Below are positions 36,996 to 46,757 of a stretch of DNA of 64,000 bases, one piece after another. Under the pieces are notes generated by a model. The model did no database searches, was not told where the DNA came from, and saw only the letters and a program-made list of their open reading frames with translations. This stretch comes from an uncultured Candidatus Sumerlaeota bacterium (GTDB lineage Bacteria; CAYMEV01): assembly GCA_964389675.1 (NCBI GenBank), contig CAYMEV010000014.1, positions 1 through 64,000 on the forward strand. Reading direction: 5' to 3'. The first letter of the stretch is position 1, and each line of letters starts with the position of its first letter. A program made the translations under genes and the position numbers.

Positions 36996-39426
36996 AAGCC
37001 ACCTAAATACCATTATCTTCCTGTCAGGATTCTATTTCCTGTATTCCGAGGTCCTGTGGCAAAGAATACTGAAGCTTGTTCTTGGAAGCTCAACCCTTTC
37101 AAACAGTGTTGTACTGACAGCTATTATGAGCGGGCTTGCTGCAGGATATCTTCTTTCACTAAAACTGATAGGGAGAATAAGCAGAGACAGACTCATAAAG
37201 TCAGTCTTTATATTGAACATACTGACCGCAGGAACCTCAGTCTTCGTGCTTCAGAATATCGATTATTCAGTATTTATTTCAGGGTTTCTGGATATTGAAA
37301 AAACATCAGGTATTATTATAATTATCTTCAATTATGCATTTTCCCTGATTATCACATCTCTTCCCTGTATTACAGCAGGAATGATGATACCTGTTGTGCA
37401 GTCACATTTTCCCATTTCCTCATTTTCCATCACATATAGCCTGTATAATGCCGGGGGCCTTCTGGGAGGCTTTATATGCGCATTCTATTCAATAAGGTAC
37501 TTTGGGTTATATAAGGGTTTTTATCTGATATCTGCCCTGCTCATGGCCTATGCTTTAATGGTTGCATTTGCAAAAGCCTTCTGCGACAAAGGAAAAGAGG
37601 ATATTAAAAGCCGGGGTATCAGTGCAGGTCCCGTGAATATGCCCCTGAAGTGGATAGCAATACTGATCTTTATGCTCGGATTTGCTTCGCTTGCAATGCA
37701 GGTACTTTATGCCAGGGTGCTTACCGTTATTGTTTCAAACACAACATACAGTTTTTCGACCGTGGTCCTTGTATATATTGCAGGAATATCTGCGGGCAGC
37801 TGGCTTTCAAAAAAGGTAGCACTAAAGGGCCGGAATACCATCGCAGGAATAATATTTATTCTTGTATCCTGGATATTTATACTTATTCTTCTGCTTGAAA
37901 GCCTGGGGGGGATCTATATATTTTTTGCAAGGCTCTTCAGCGACAGCTGTTTAAGGACTGTATTATCCGTCTTTATTCTCTCCATAATTCTGCTTTTTAT
38001 TCCTGCTGTGTGCCTGAACATGCTTTTTGTATACCTTACACGTATGCTTGGCGCAAAGACCAGCGAAGGGACAGCATCATCAAAAAGCCTGCTTTATTCA
38101 ACCGCCGGGTCTGTCCTTGGAGCGATTACAGCTACCTTTATACTTTTACCCCATGCTGGAATAACAAAATCACTGCTTCTAATTTCACTGGCCTTTTTAA
38201 TTGCCTGTATTGCCTTTATGCGGAAAAGGGTATTGAAATTTGGGTCATATGGTTTATGCGGTGCACTTGTTCTCATGTTCCTGTTCTATAATGCAAAGAT
38301 ACTGCCGCCGTCAATATTCAGGATGGAGCACAGGGATGACAGGCTCCTTTATTATAAGGAGACTTCGCATGGAAATGTATGTGTGATAGAGGATAAGAAA
38401 AACGGCCTTCTTGCCGCCTATGTCGATAATAATGCTGTTATCGGGACAGCCTATGATGCTATGAAAACTGTCAACATGCTTGGTTTTCTGCCCCTGTTGT
38501 ATAACCCTGAGCCTGAAAGCATCCTTGTGATAGGGTTTGGCATGGGGGTTACAAGCGGTGTTCTCGGTACAGCAGTAAAAAACCTCATATTCAGTGTTGA
38601 AATAGTGCCTTATATATTCAAGGCCGCGGAATTTTTCAGCGAACATAACTATAATATACTTGAAAATAGCCGCCTGAAGAAGATTTCGATGGATGGAAGG
38701 GTCTTTCTCAACTATTCAAAAAACAGGTATGATATTATATCCTGTGACCCCACCCACCCGCTTCTGGGATCAAATTCCCTTTATACAAAAGACTATTTCA
38801 TGCTTTGCAGGGACAGTCTCAAGGAAAAGGGGGTAATGACCCAGTACCTTCCGATGCACTTTCTTTCTCACAGGTCTTTCTTAAGTATTTTGAAGAATTT
38901 CAGCGATGTATTCGATGACCTTACCATATGGCTGTCCTATACACACCTTGTGATCATGGGCAGAAAGGGTGATATTGACATGGATTTCAGGAATATACGC
39001 AGTATTGATATATCAGTGCGAAGAAAGATGCAGGCATTCGGCATAACAGACCTGAGCAGCCTGTTGTCCAGCTATATATGCGACAGGGAAGCCCTGATAA
39101 ACAAAATCCCTGCCGGAATAAAGAATAATACGGATTCATTCCCATTTGTGGAATTTGATACCTTCTTTGACAGGGAAGAGGAGTTCAGGAAAAATATAGA
39201 CTTTATCGCAGATCTCCGTAATGTCCCCCTTCACCTCGCAGGAGATGCAAGCAGGGAGAAGATCATTATGGCATATAAGGCCAAGGAATATATGATAAAA
39301 GCACTGATACTCGAGAGAGAGGGCAAAACAGGCGAAGCAGTGAAAATGATAGAAAAGGGCCTTGATATATATATGGGCGATGCTGAAATGCGCAACTACC
39401 TCTATTTCCTTAAAAGCAATATGTGA
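36988..39426 (+). CDS. Fused multi-TM membrane protein / spermidine-synthase-like SAM-binding domain
   Basis: About 13 TM helices (EVLWQRILKLVLGSST, QVLYARVL), then LVIGFGMGVT, VEI, DGR, DIISCDPTHP, LYTKDYF. Likely start TTG 36988 overlapping the glmS stop (the ORF track extends to 36925). Confidence 0.8.
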   Translation: MNKSHLNTIIFLSGFYFLYSEVLWQRILKLVLGSSTLSNSVVLTAIMSGLAAGYLLSLKLIGRISRDRLIKSVFILNILTAGTSVFVLQNIDYSVFISGFLDIEKTSGIIIIIFNYAFSLIITSLPCITAGMMIPVVQSHFPISSFSITYSLYNAGGLLGGFICAFYSIRYFGLYKGFYLISALLMAYALMVAFAKAFCDKGKEDIKSRGISAGPVNMPLKWIAILIFMLGFASLAMQVLYARVLTVIVSNTTYSFSTVVLVYIAGISAGSWLSKKVALKGRNTIAGIIFILVSWIFILILLLESLGGIYIFFARLFSDSCLRTVLSVFILSIILLFIPAVCLNMLFVYLTRMLGAKTSEGTASSKSLLYSTAGSVLGAITATFILLPHAGITKSLLLISLAFLIACIAFMRKRVLKFGSYGLCGALVLMFLFYNAKILPPSIFRMEHRDDRLLYYKETSHGNVCVIEDKKNGLLAAYVDNNAVIGTAYDAMKTVNMLGFLPLLYNPEPESILVIGFGMGVTSGVLGTAVKNLIFSVEIVPYIFKAAEFFSEHNYNILENSRLKKISMDGRVFLNYSKNRYDIISCDPTHPLLGSNSLYTKDYFMLCRDSLKEKGVMTQYLPMHFLSHRSFLSILKNFSDVFDDLTIWLSYTHLVIMGRKGDIDMDFRNIRSIDISVRRKMQAFGITDLSSLLSSYICDREALINKIPAGIKNNTDSFPFVEFDTFFDREEEFRKNIDFIADLRNVPLHLAGDASREKIIMAYKAKEYMIKALILEREGKTGEAVKMIEKGLDIYMGDAEMRNYLYFLKSNM

Positions 39427-39450
39427 ACCTTAATACCGGGGCTTACCAGT

Positions 39451-39792
39451 TCAGAAGCTGTCTTCAAACAATATCTGAAGATCTGTCTGCAGGCTGGCAG
39501 GCTTCAGTTTTTCATTAAGCGGGGATTGAGCCCTGATCTGATTCGGGCTCTTCGTAATTATCTTTTTACTGGCAAGGATGCCAGCAAAATCATAAATCTT
39601 TCTGGATATATCACCGGGGATCTTTGATCTTTTGCATATCAGCTCAAGGTCAGCTCCGTTAATAATGCTTTCCCATATAGCAGAGGCATTTTTTGAAAGT
39701 ATATATATTTTATTATTGTTAAAATCTGAAATGCATATATGGCCGTCTATTGTATGGAAATATATATTGCTGTTAAGGGTATAGCTGTCCAT
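39451..39792 (-). CDS. PqqD-family (RiPP recognition element-like) protein
   Basis: Three predicted beta strands (YFHTIDGHICISDFNNNKIYIL), then LSKNASAIWESI and DFAGILASKKII, the PqqD pattern LNxxAxxIW...FlxxLxxxglI. About 30-aa C-terminal extension. Confidence 0.65.
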   Translation of the reverse strand: MDSYTLNSNIYFHTIDGHICISDFNNNKIYILSKNASAIWESIINGADLELICKRSKIPGDISRKIYDFAGILASKKIITKSPNQIRAQSPLNEKLKPASLQTDLQILFEDSF

Positions 39793-39801
39793 GATTTCTT
39801 T

Positions 39802-39830
39802 AGTATAATGCCTCAGTTCAGCCAGTTCAA
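39802..39830 (-). promoter_or_regulatory. Putative promoter of the PqqD gene (near-leaderless)
   Basis: Minus strand TTGAAC(39830-25)-N17-TATACT(39807-02)-N9-ATG, with no SD. Confidence 0.5.
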
Positions 39831-39901
39831 TAAAATATTGTTATTTATGATCTGTAGGGTATAATACTGAAAACATTAAAAATTTTTATTTTCAGGTAAG
39901 T

Positions 39902-42900
39902 ATGAAGATATTCACCAAAATTCTTATTGCAGTTCTATTTTTAATACTTCTTCTCCTAAGCTTCCTGCTTTTCTTTAAGCTGGATTTCCTGATTGACAAG
40001 CCTGTCGGGATATTAAGCGACATCTTCTTTCCGGGAAGCGGATTATGGAGAGTGCATTCAGGAAATAGCGATGGAAAAGCCATTTACACGAATTATCTGG
40101 AAGAACCTGTATCAGTTATTATGGACAATTGGGGAGTCCCTCATATTTATGCAGAGGCAGAAAAAGACCTTTATTTTACTGCAGGATATATTCATTCCAG
40201 ATACAGGTATTTTCAGATGGATATGACCAGGCGGATGGCAAGGGGGCTTTTGAGCGAAATAATTGGGGCCGGGGGGCTTGAGAGCGATAAATTTCATCTT
40301 GCCCTTGGCATGGATTACTGGGCGGGCAGGACACTTGAGGAACTGGAGGGCAATGAGGAGAACAGATACCTGGCAGAGATCCTCAATGCTTATTCAGAAG
40401 GTGTCAACCATTTCACAGCTTCAAACCATGATAATGTATCGCTTGAATATGTAATCCTGGGAGTAGACCCCTCGGAAAGAAAATGGACAAGTACTGATTC
40501 ACTGGTATTTTCAAAAGTAATGGCCAGAATGCTCTCCTGGAATTATTCTGATCTTTATAATACAAAAAGCCTTAATGCCTTCGGGAAGGAAAAATACATT
40601 GAGCTGAAGGCAGAAAGCTGTTACCAGATCCCCGTGATTGAAGGATACGGGGATTGGAAGGAATACTTTAAAAACCTTAAAGATGAAAACCCTGATGAAA
40701 AGCATGGGAAGATTGCGTCGGCTTTTATTGATGCGATAGGATCATTGCCATTTGAAAAGCAGTATCTTGAGCATGAGAAACAGCACGTATTCGGGTCTAA
40801 TAACTGGGCAATAGACAGCAGGCTCAGCTCCACCGGCTCACCGCTCCTGTGCAATGATATGCATCTTGCACGCAGTATTCCGATAATATGGTATGAAACA
40901 CATCTAGTCAACAGGCCATCAGGCCTCAATGTATATGGATACTGCCTGGCGGGGGTCCCATTTCCTATTACCGGTTTTAATGATAATATTGCATGGGGTT
41001 TTACAAATACAGGGTTTGATGTTATAGACTGGTATTACTATGACCTGGTGGACAGCAATACTTATATAAGAAATGGCAAGGAAAGCAGGTTTACCCGCAG
41101 TTTTTACAATATTCCAGTGAGAAATGGCTCCCCGTACAGGCTTGAGGTAAGGCATACTGAAGAGGGGCCTGTCCTGAGTGATGTGCTTGAGCTGGACATT
41201 CTGGAATTCCCCGGGGCTGAAAAGATAATTGTTCCCAGGTGGACTGCATATTCTGTTACATATGAATTAAAGGCAATTCACGGGATTAACAGGTCCAGAG
41301 GCCTGGAGGACTTCAATTATTTTTCAAGTTTTTTCAGCAACCCTGCACAGAATTTCCTCTATGCCGACAGAGTGAATATTATGATGCGCCCGACCGGCAA
41401 AGTGCCGATAAGGAAGGATGGCACAGGAGAGTTTATTTATAATGGCTCTGAGGGAGCAGAATCATGGGACTCCTTTATCGGTTTTGAAGCCCTTCCCTTC
41501 AGTTTGAACCCTGAAAAAGGCTACCTTTTTTCTGCAAATCAGGTGACTGTCGGGCCTGAATACCCATATACCCTGCAGACACGCTGGGATGAGTCATACA
41601 GGCCCAGGAGGATTGACAGCCTGCTCGGCAATTCTTCTAAATATCCATTAACCCATGAGTATATGAGATATATGCAGAATGATGTATACTCAGTTCCTGC
41701 TGAATCATTCATTCCGGTAATTTTTGATGTACTTGAGGAATACCTGATTGAAAATGACGACAGGATGGTTGAAGAAGCCTTAAAAATACTGTCTGAATGG
41801 GATTTCTTTATGCATAAGGACAGCCCTGCTCCGGCGATCTATAAGGCCTGGGAGAGCTTCTACAGCAGGGGAGTGTTCCAGGATGAATACAGCAGGCATG
41901 GGCTGTCAGGTTACCCAAAACTCGGATTCCTGGAGTACATAACCCTTAATGATGCATATTCTGAATGGTTTGATAATATAGAGACAGAAGGTATCGCTGA
42001 ATCAAGGGATGATATTATTCTGGACAGCTTTATACGGTCGGCGGATTTCCTTAAGGAGCTTTTTGACAGCGATTTCCCGGGTGACTGGATATGGGGGGAT
42101 ATGCATAAAGCCGCCTATAACCATACTGCCAGGCTAACCGGGTTTCAAAGAGGGCCCTATCCTGCTGGCGGTGACGGCCTGACAATAAATCCCGCACCAT
42201 TTACGATATCAGCCAGGCCAGGCCCAAGCACATGGGGAGCCTCCCAGCGCCTGATTGTCGATCTGTCAGACCCAAAAAAGAGCTTAAGCTGTATTCCGGG
42301 AGGTCAAAGCGGGAGGATAAGCTCAAAGCATTATTCCGATCAGCTTGAAAAGCTTTATCTGAATGGGAAATACCATGATGTAAATTTCTATGATGATGAA
42401 AGCTCCTTTCCAGCAGAAAACATTGACTATGTAATTAAGCTTTTTCCCGGAAAGAAAATTCATGATTTTCACAAGCCTGCCGCTGGAATACTGTATTCTG
42501 GAATATCTATCCTTCTCCTGATAGCCTATCTTAATCTATATAGCAGAAAATATTCCGGTCTAATGATAATCCTCATGTTTCTGATAGTTTCGGATATATT
42601 CCTCATTTCAGTTCTGGGGATGGATTTCTGGAAAGCGGTCTTTTTCTCTGTAATATTCTTTAATATGTTCCTGGGATCAAAGAGTGAAATATTTGCTTTT
42701 TCTATACTGGCAACAATGATCTCATGGTTTGGATATATAATATACTCTTTATATTTCAGTGATACCTTTGCAAATCTGGGCCATATTACCCAGGCAATTG
42801 CTGGTTACCGCAACGATACTGTCTCAGTTATTGTACTTATGCTCCTTTCAATATATTGCGGCATCCTGTGCGGGGTGATATCCATTATATTCAGAAGGAT

Positions 42901-42925
42901 CTTCTACAGGTCGTTCAGAGGCTGA
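39902..42925 (+). CDS. Penicillin acylase family (S45 Ntn hydrolase) with N-terminal anchor and C-terminal TM domain
   Basis: DNWGVPHIYA, RYFQMD, autocleavage GSNNWAI, CNDMHL, WYETHL, AWGFTN, SANQ, PGGQSG...HYSDQ. The last ~145 aa are hydrophobic helices. Confidence 0.88.
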   Translation: MKIFTKILIAVLFLILLLLSFLLFFKLDFLIDKPVGILSDIFFPGSGLWRVHSGNSDGKAIYTNYLEEPVSVIMDNWGVPHIYAEAEKDLYFTAGYIHSRYRYFQMDMTRRMARGLLSEIIGAGGLESDKFHLALGMDYWAGRTLEELEGNEENRYLAEILNAYSEGVNHFTASNHDNVSLEYVILGVDPSERKWTSTDSLVFSKVMARMLSWNYSDLYNTKSLNAFGKEKYIELKAESCYQIPVIEGYGDWKEYFKNLKDENPDEKHGKIASAFIDAIGSLPFEKQYLEHEKQHVFGSNNWAIDSRLSSTGSPLLCNDMHLARSIPIIWYETHLVNRPSGLNVYGYCLAGVPFPITGFNDNIAWGFTNTGFDVIDWYYYDLVDSNTYIRNGKESRFTRSFYNIPVRNGSPYRLEVRHTEEGPVLSDVLELDILEFPGAEKIIVPRWTAYSVTYELKAIHGINRSRGLEDFNYFSSFFSNPAQNFLYADRVNIMMRPTGKVPIRKDGTGEFIYNGSEGAESWDSFIGFEALPFSLNPEKGYLFSANQVTVGPEYPYTLQTRWDESYRPRRIDSLLGNSSKYPLTHEYMRYMQNDVYSVPAESFIPVIFDVLEEYLIENDDRMVEEALKILSEWDFFMHKDSPAPAIYKAWESFYSRGVFQDEYSRHGLSGYPKLGFLEYITLNDAYSEWFDNIETEGIAESRDDIILDSFIRSADFLKELFDSDFPGDWIWGDMHKAAYNHTARLTGFQRGPYPAGGDGLTINPAPFTISARPGPSTWGASQRLIVDLSDPKKSLSCIPGGQSGRISSKHYSDQLEKLYLNGKYHDVNFYDDESSFPAENIDYVIKLFPGKKIHDFHKPAAGILYSGISILLLIAYLNLYSRKYSGLMIILMFLIVSDIFLISVLGMDFWKAVFFSVIFFNMFLGSKSEIFAFSILATMISWFGYIIYSLYFSDTFANLGHITQAIAGYRNDTVSVIVLMLLSIYCGILCGVISIIFRRIFYRSFRG

Positions 42926-42926
42926 A

Positions 42927-45900
42927 ATGAAGCGATATATAGGAGTTGCCGACAGATACGAGATTATTGATCTGATAGGCAAGGGAGGAATGGGTGAGGT
43001 CTACAGGGTTTCCGACAGGTTCAATAATGATTCCCCGGCGGCATTAAAGATCATCTCCAGCGATATAAAGATTCCAAATACTAAACTGCTGAAAAACGAG
43101 TTCTTATTATTGTCGATGCTTGCCCACCCTAATCTTATAAAGGTATATGAACTGGGATTTTACAGCAGGGAGATGCAATATATCTATTATACAATGGAGT
43201 ATATAGACCAGAAGAATCTGGATGCAGTCCTTCCCCTGCTGGATAAGATACAGAAAGTGGAGATAATAAAACTCATACTGCATACACTTCTCTACATACA
43301 CAGCAGAGGTATACTCCACCTGGACATGAAACCGAAGAATATACTGATACCTCCTGAAAAGTCCATGAACAGGCTTAAAATAATTGACTTCGGTCTTTCA
43401 GAGCTGAAGATAAATTCCCAGAATCTTAATACTTCGAAGGGCTCTCTTGCATTTATTGCACCTGAAGTGCTTGCAAGGGAAAAGGGGATAGATGAGAGGG
43501 CAGACCTTTTCTCACTTGGAGCATTGATATTGAGGATGTACAGCCAGAAGATGTTCAGGCTGTACGCAATGAAAGACCAGAGCATAAAAGGTCTTCTTGT
43601 AAGGCATATACCACCGAAGCTTGTAAAGTTCGTTGAGAAGCTCCTGTATATAAACAGGAACAACAGGTTCCAGAAGACAGCTGAAGCGCTGAATTACTTC
43701 ATGGACCTTATGAACCTGAGCCCGTATGTGCTTAGCAAGGATGACTATATAGATATTTTGAGCAGGAATCCCCAGTACAGCCTGGATGAAAGAATAAAAA
43801 GGGTCCTGGATGCAATTGAGCTTAAAAATGCCAGAAAGATACTGGTCTATGGAATAAATGGGACAGGCAAAACAAGATTCCTTAAGGAACTTGAACTGCA
43901 TTTGAGAATGAAAAACTATAAGACATTCTTTATCGGAAAGGGCATTAATTCATCGTTTAAGTATAACCTGATATCAGAACTCAGCATGCAGGGCATAATA
44001 ACAGCTGAAGAAAAGGAGGCCATAGACAGCGAGATATCCAATCTCATCAGGGGATATTCCTCATCGCAGATCGCAAATCTGAAGAAAATTATAGCCTATA
44101 AGCTTGCGGATTTTCTTGAGGATAAGCTGAATGACGCAGTCCTTCTTGTCGACGACCTTAACCTTATACACAAGCATGAGGGCGATATTATAAAGCATAT
44201 GCTGCCATTGCCCGGGCTGTATATGTCTGCTGTAATGACCAGGAGCAGGTCAAAACCGCTCCGGGGCTATGACCTGAGTATCTGTATGAAAAACCTCTCT
44301 CAGCAGGAGACTGGAAAGTTCGTTTCTCTCTGTCTTGGCCTCAGGGATATAAATCCAAAAAGCGTATCAGAAATTTCTGTCTCTACAGGAGGAAATCCCA
44401 AAAAGATAAAGGACTATCTGTATGCTTCATTGAGCCGCGGATTTAATGATACATCAGAAGGCCTTGTCCTGAGCATGCCTGCAGAGATTAAAGTGCAGAA
44501 AGAGATCGATCTTCACGACAGCATCCTGGATTTCAGGCTGAAAAGACTTCTGCCTGAAGAGCAATTGATATTGTTCATACTTGATAAATTCCCGGCTCCG
44601 CTTGATATTAGGGAGATAAAGGTAATTTCCGGTAAAGACGGCAGGGATGTAGAATATGCACTAAAAAAGATGCAGAAATTAGGGCTGGTGGACAATATTC
44701 AGGATAAATTCTCATCAGCATACCCTGTGCCGGAAAGCTGCCATGAAAAAAATATAAGCAAGGCTTCCATGAAGGATATGTTTGTAAAGATGTCAGGATT
44801 TATATCTGATAAACCGGATGATTATAACCCTTATAAGATCATGTATATATATAATGGCATAAACAGCCCGTCTGCGGGTTTCGAGCAGATTTTAAAAATA
44901 GCAGTCAGGCTCTACCGGTCCGGCAATCCCTATAATTCGCTTGATGTATTGAATTACCTTATAAAGGAGTACAGGAAGAACAAACCGGACAGCACTCCTG
45001 ATAATATATACTTCAATATAATTACCCCTACCCGCTATTTTGAAAAGCCGATTGAGTTCAGCCTGCTTAACCTGGGCCTCCTCAAGGCAGAGCTTTTAAG
45101 GTTTACAGGCAGTTACAGGGCTTCAAACAGGCTGCTTATGAGGCTTTTGAAAGAAAAACCCGGGAATGAAGCGAAATGGAATATTAAATACAATATTGCA
45201 AGAAACCATGTAAACCTCCATGATTTTGAAGAAGCTCTGATTGTGCTGGACGAAATAATGGCAGAAATTGATGATATAGATAATATATACTTTTTTCAGA
45301 GTGTCTCCCAGAAATGCTGGATTTACATACAGCGCGGAAATCTTGACAAATGCGAATCCCTTCTGAGCAGTTTCTATAAAGTGATCGATGATATGCCCTC
45401 AACGCTAAAAATGATTCAGTCTGCCATATACTACAGCAGGGCAAAATATGATGATGCCATAAAGGTACTTCTGGAGATATGCAGTGAAAAAAGCCGGCTT
45501 ATTGACAATAATACACTGTCCAAGGTTTATAATAACCTTGGTATATTATACAAACTCAAAAACAGGTTCGATAAAAGCAAGGAATTCTTTAAAAAAAGCT
45601 ATGAAATAAAAAAAGCAATGGGCGATTATGAAAGCCTTGCAAAGACCTATAATAATATGGGCAGTATTTATCTTTCTGAATATGACCTTAATACCGCCTA
45701 TACTTATTATAAGAAAGCCTTAAAATCTGCTGAATTTGTAGGAGACAGGGCAAGTACCATGAGTGCCTCCATTAATGTTGCAAATCTGTATATCATGTTC
45801 GGGGATCCATATCAGGCTCTAAATCAACTCAATAAGATCCTGCCGGGAGCAATATCTGAAAACGACCAGGATATCCTGTTTCACATATATATAAATGCAC

Positions 45901-46721
45901 TTGATGCAATGATCCTGCAGAATAAGATAAGCAGAGCATATTATTATCTGGGTCTGATCAGTGAGATAGCAGAAAATACAAATAAGGAGCTGTTTTTCTT
46001 TCATCATAAAATCAATCTTTTCTACCTGTCAATGATCTCCCTTGACCTCAAAACTGCCAGAGCTGCTCTTTCTGAACTCAGCAATGATCCTTCAATAAGG
46101 CAGTTATCCGGAATTTTCAGCAGATTTACTGCAATGCTTTTAGATTTTACAATGCTCAGATCTCTTACAGTGCCTGATTTTGAAAAATATGCATCAGAAA
46201 TGACAGAAAGATACCTTAATCTTTATGCAAAGAACGATAATATAAATAATTTACTGATAAAGTACTCTCTGTGCCTGCTGATCATGACAGGCAAATCCCG
46301 TGCCCTGATGAAGGCAGATGAAAAAGAAAGCCATATCCTCCTAAAAAAGAACAGGAAGCTGTATGATACCATGGCAGAATTATACAGCATGAGAAATTCA
46401 GATGATGCAGGCAGGCCTTTTCTGCTTTTTCACAAAGCTGCCAGGTCCATGGACGGTGAAAGAGAAAAGCTGTCTTTAAGCATCAGTTCTGTATTAAAGC
46501 TTCTTTCAGAGCTTGATCATATCTATATAACGGTACTGCCGTTCATATATTACAAATTATATGTTTTTTGCCGGGACCGGGGATTTATGCAGGAGGCTGA
46601 AAGGATAAAATCAATTATTGCAGCAATTGCTGATAAGAGGATAAGCGTGCACTCCGAGGAGAAAAGGGATCAAATAAAAAAAAGCAGCCTTTTCAGCCTT
46701 TTAGCTGATCTTAAAAGCTGA
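42927..46721 (+). CDS. Ser/Thr protein kinase - STAND/AAA ATPase - TPR protein
   Basis: GKGGMGEVY, ALK, HLDMKPKN, DFG, APE. Walker A GINGTGKT, Walker B LLVDD, TGGNP. TPRs SKVYNNLGILY and AKTYNNMGSIY. Confidence 0.88.
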   Translation: MKRYIGVADRYEIIDLIGKGGMGEVYRVSDRFNNDSPAALKIISSDIKIPNTKLLKNEFLLLSMLAHPNLIKVYELGFYSREMQYIYYTMEYIDQKNLDAVLPLLDKIQKVEIIKLILHTLLYIHSRGILHLDMKPKNILIPPEKSMNRLKIIDFGLSELKINSQNLNTSKGSLAFIAPEVLAREKGIDERADLFSLGALILRMYSQKMFRLYAMKDQSIKGLLVRHIPPKLVKFVEKLLYINRNNRFQKTAEALNYFMDLMNLSPYVLSKDDYIDILSRNPQYSLDERIKRVLDAIELKNARKILVYGINGTGKTRFLKELELHLRMKNYKTFFIGKGINSSFKYNLISELSMQGIITAEEKEAIDSEISNLIRGYSSSQIANLKKIIAYKLADFLEDKLNDAVLLVDDLNLIHKHEGDIIKHMLPLPGLYMSAVMTRSRSKPLRGYDLSICMKNLSQQETGKFVSLCLGLRDINPKSVSEISVSTGGNPKKIKDYLYASLSRGFNDTSEGLVLSMPAEIKVQKEIDLHDSILDFRLKRLLPEEQLILFILDKFPAPLDIREIKVISGKDGRDVEYALKKMQKLGLVDNIQDKFSSAYPVPESCHEKNISKASMKDMFVKMSGFISDKPDDYNPYKIMYIYNGINSPSAGFEQILKIAVRLYRSGNPYNSLDVLNYLIKEYRKNKPDSTPDNIYFNIITPTRYFEKPIEFSLLNLGLLKAELLRFTGSYRASNRLLMRLLKEKPGNEAKWNIKYNIARNHVNLHDFEEALIVLDEIMAEIDDIDNIYFFQSVSQKCWIYIQRGNLDKCESLLSSFYKVIDDMPSTLKMIQSAIYYSRAKYDDAIKVLLEICSEKSRLIDNNTLSKVYNNLGILYKLKNRFDKSKEFFKKSYEIKKAMGDYESLAKTYNNMGSIYLSEYDLNTAYTYYKKALKSAEFVGDRASTMSASINVANLYIMFGDPYQALNQLNKILPGAISENDQDILFHIYINALDAMILQNKISRAYYYLGLISEIAENTNKELFFFHHKINLFYLSMISLDLKTARAALSELSNDPSIRQLSGIFSRFTAMLLDFTMLRSLTVPDFEKYASEMTERYLNLYAKNDNINNLLIKYSLCLLIMTGKSRALMKADEKESHILLKKNRKLYDTMAELYSMRNSDDAGRPFLLFHKAARSMDGEREKLSLSISSVLKLLSELDHIYITVLPFIYYKLYVFCRDRGFMQEAERIKSIIAAIADKRISVHSEEKRDQIKKSSLFSLLADLKS

Positions 46722-46757
46722 TTGGCCAGCCAGAATATTATTCAAGGAGAAATCCAT

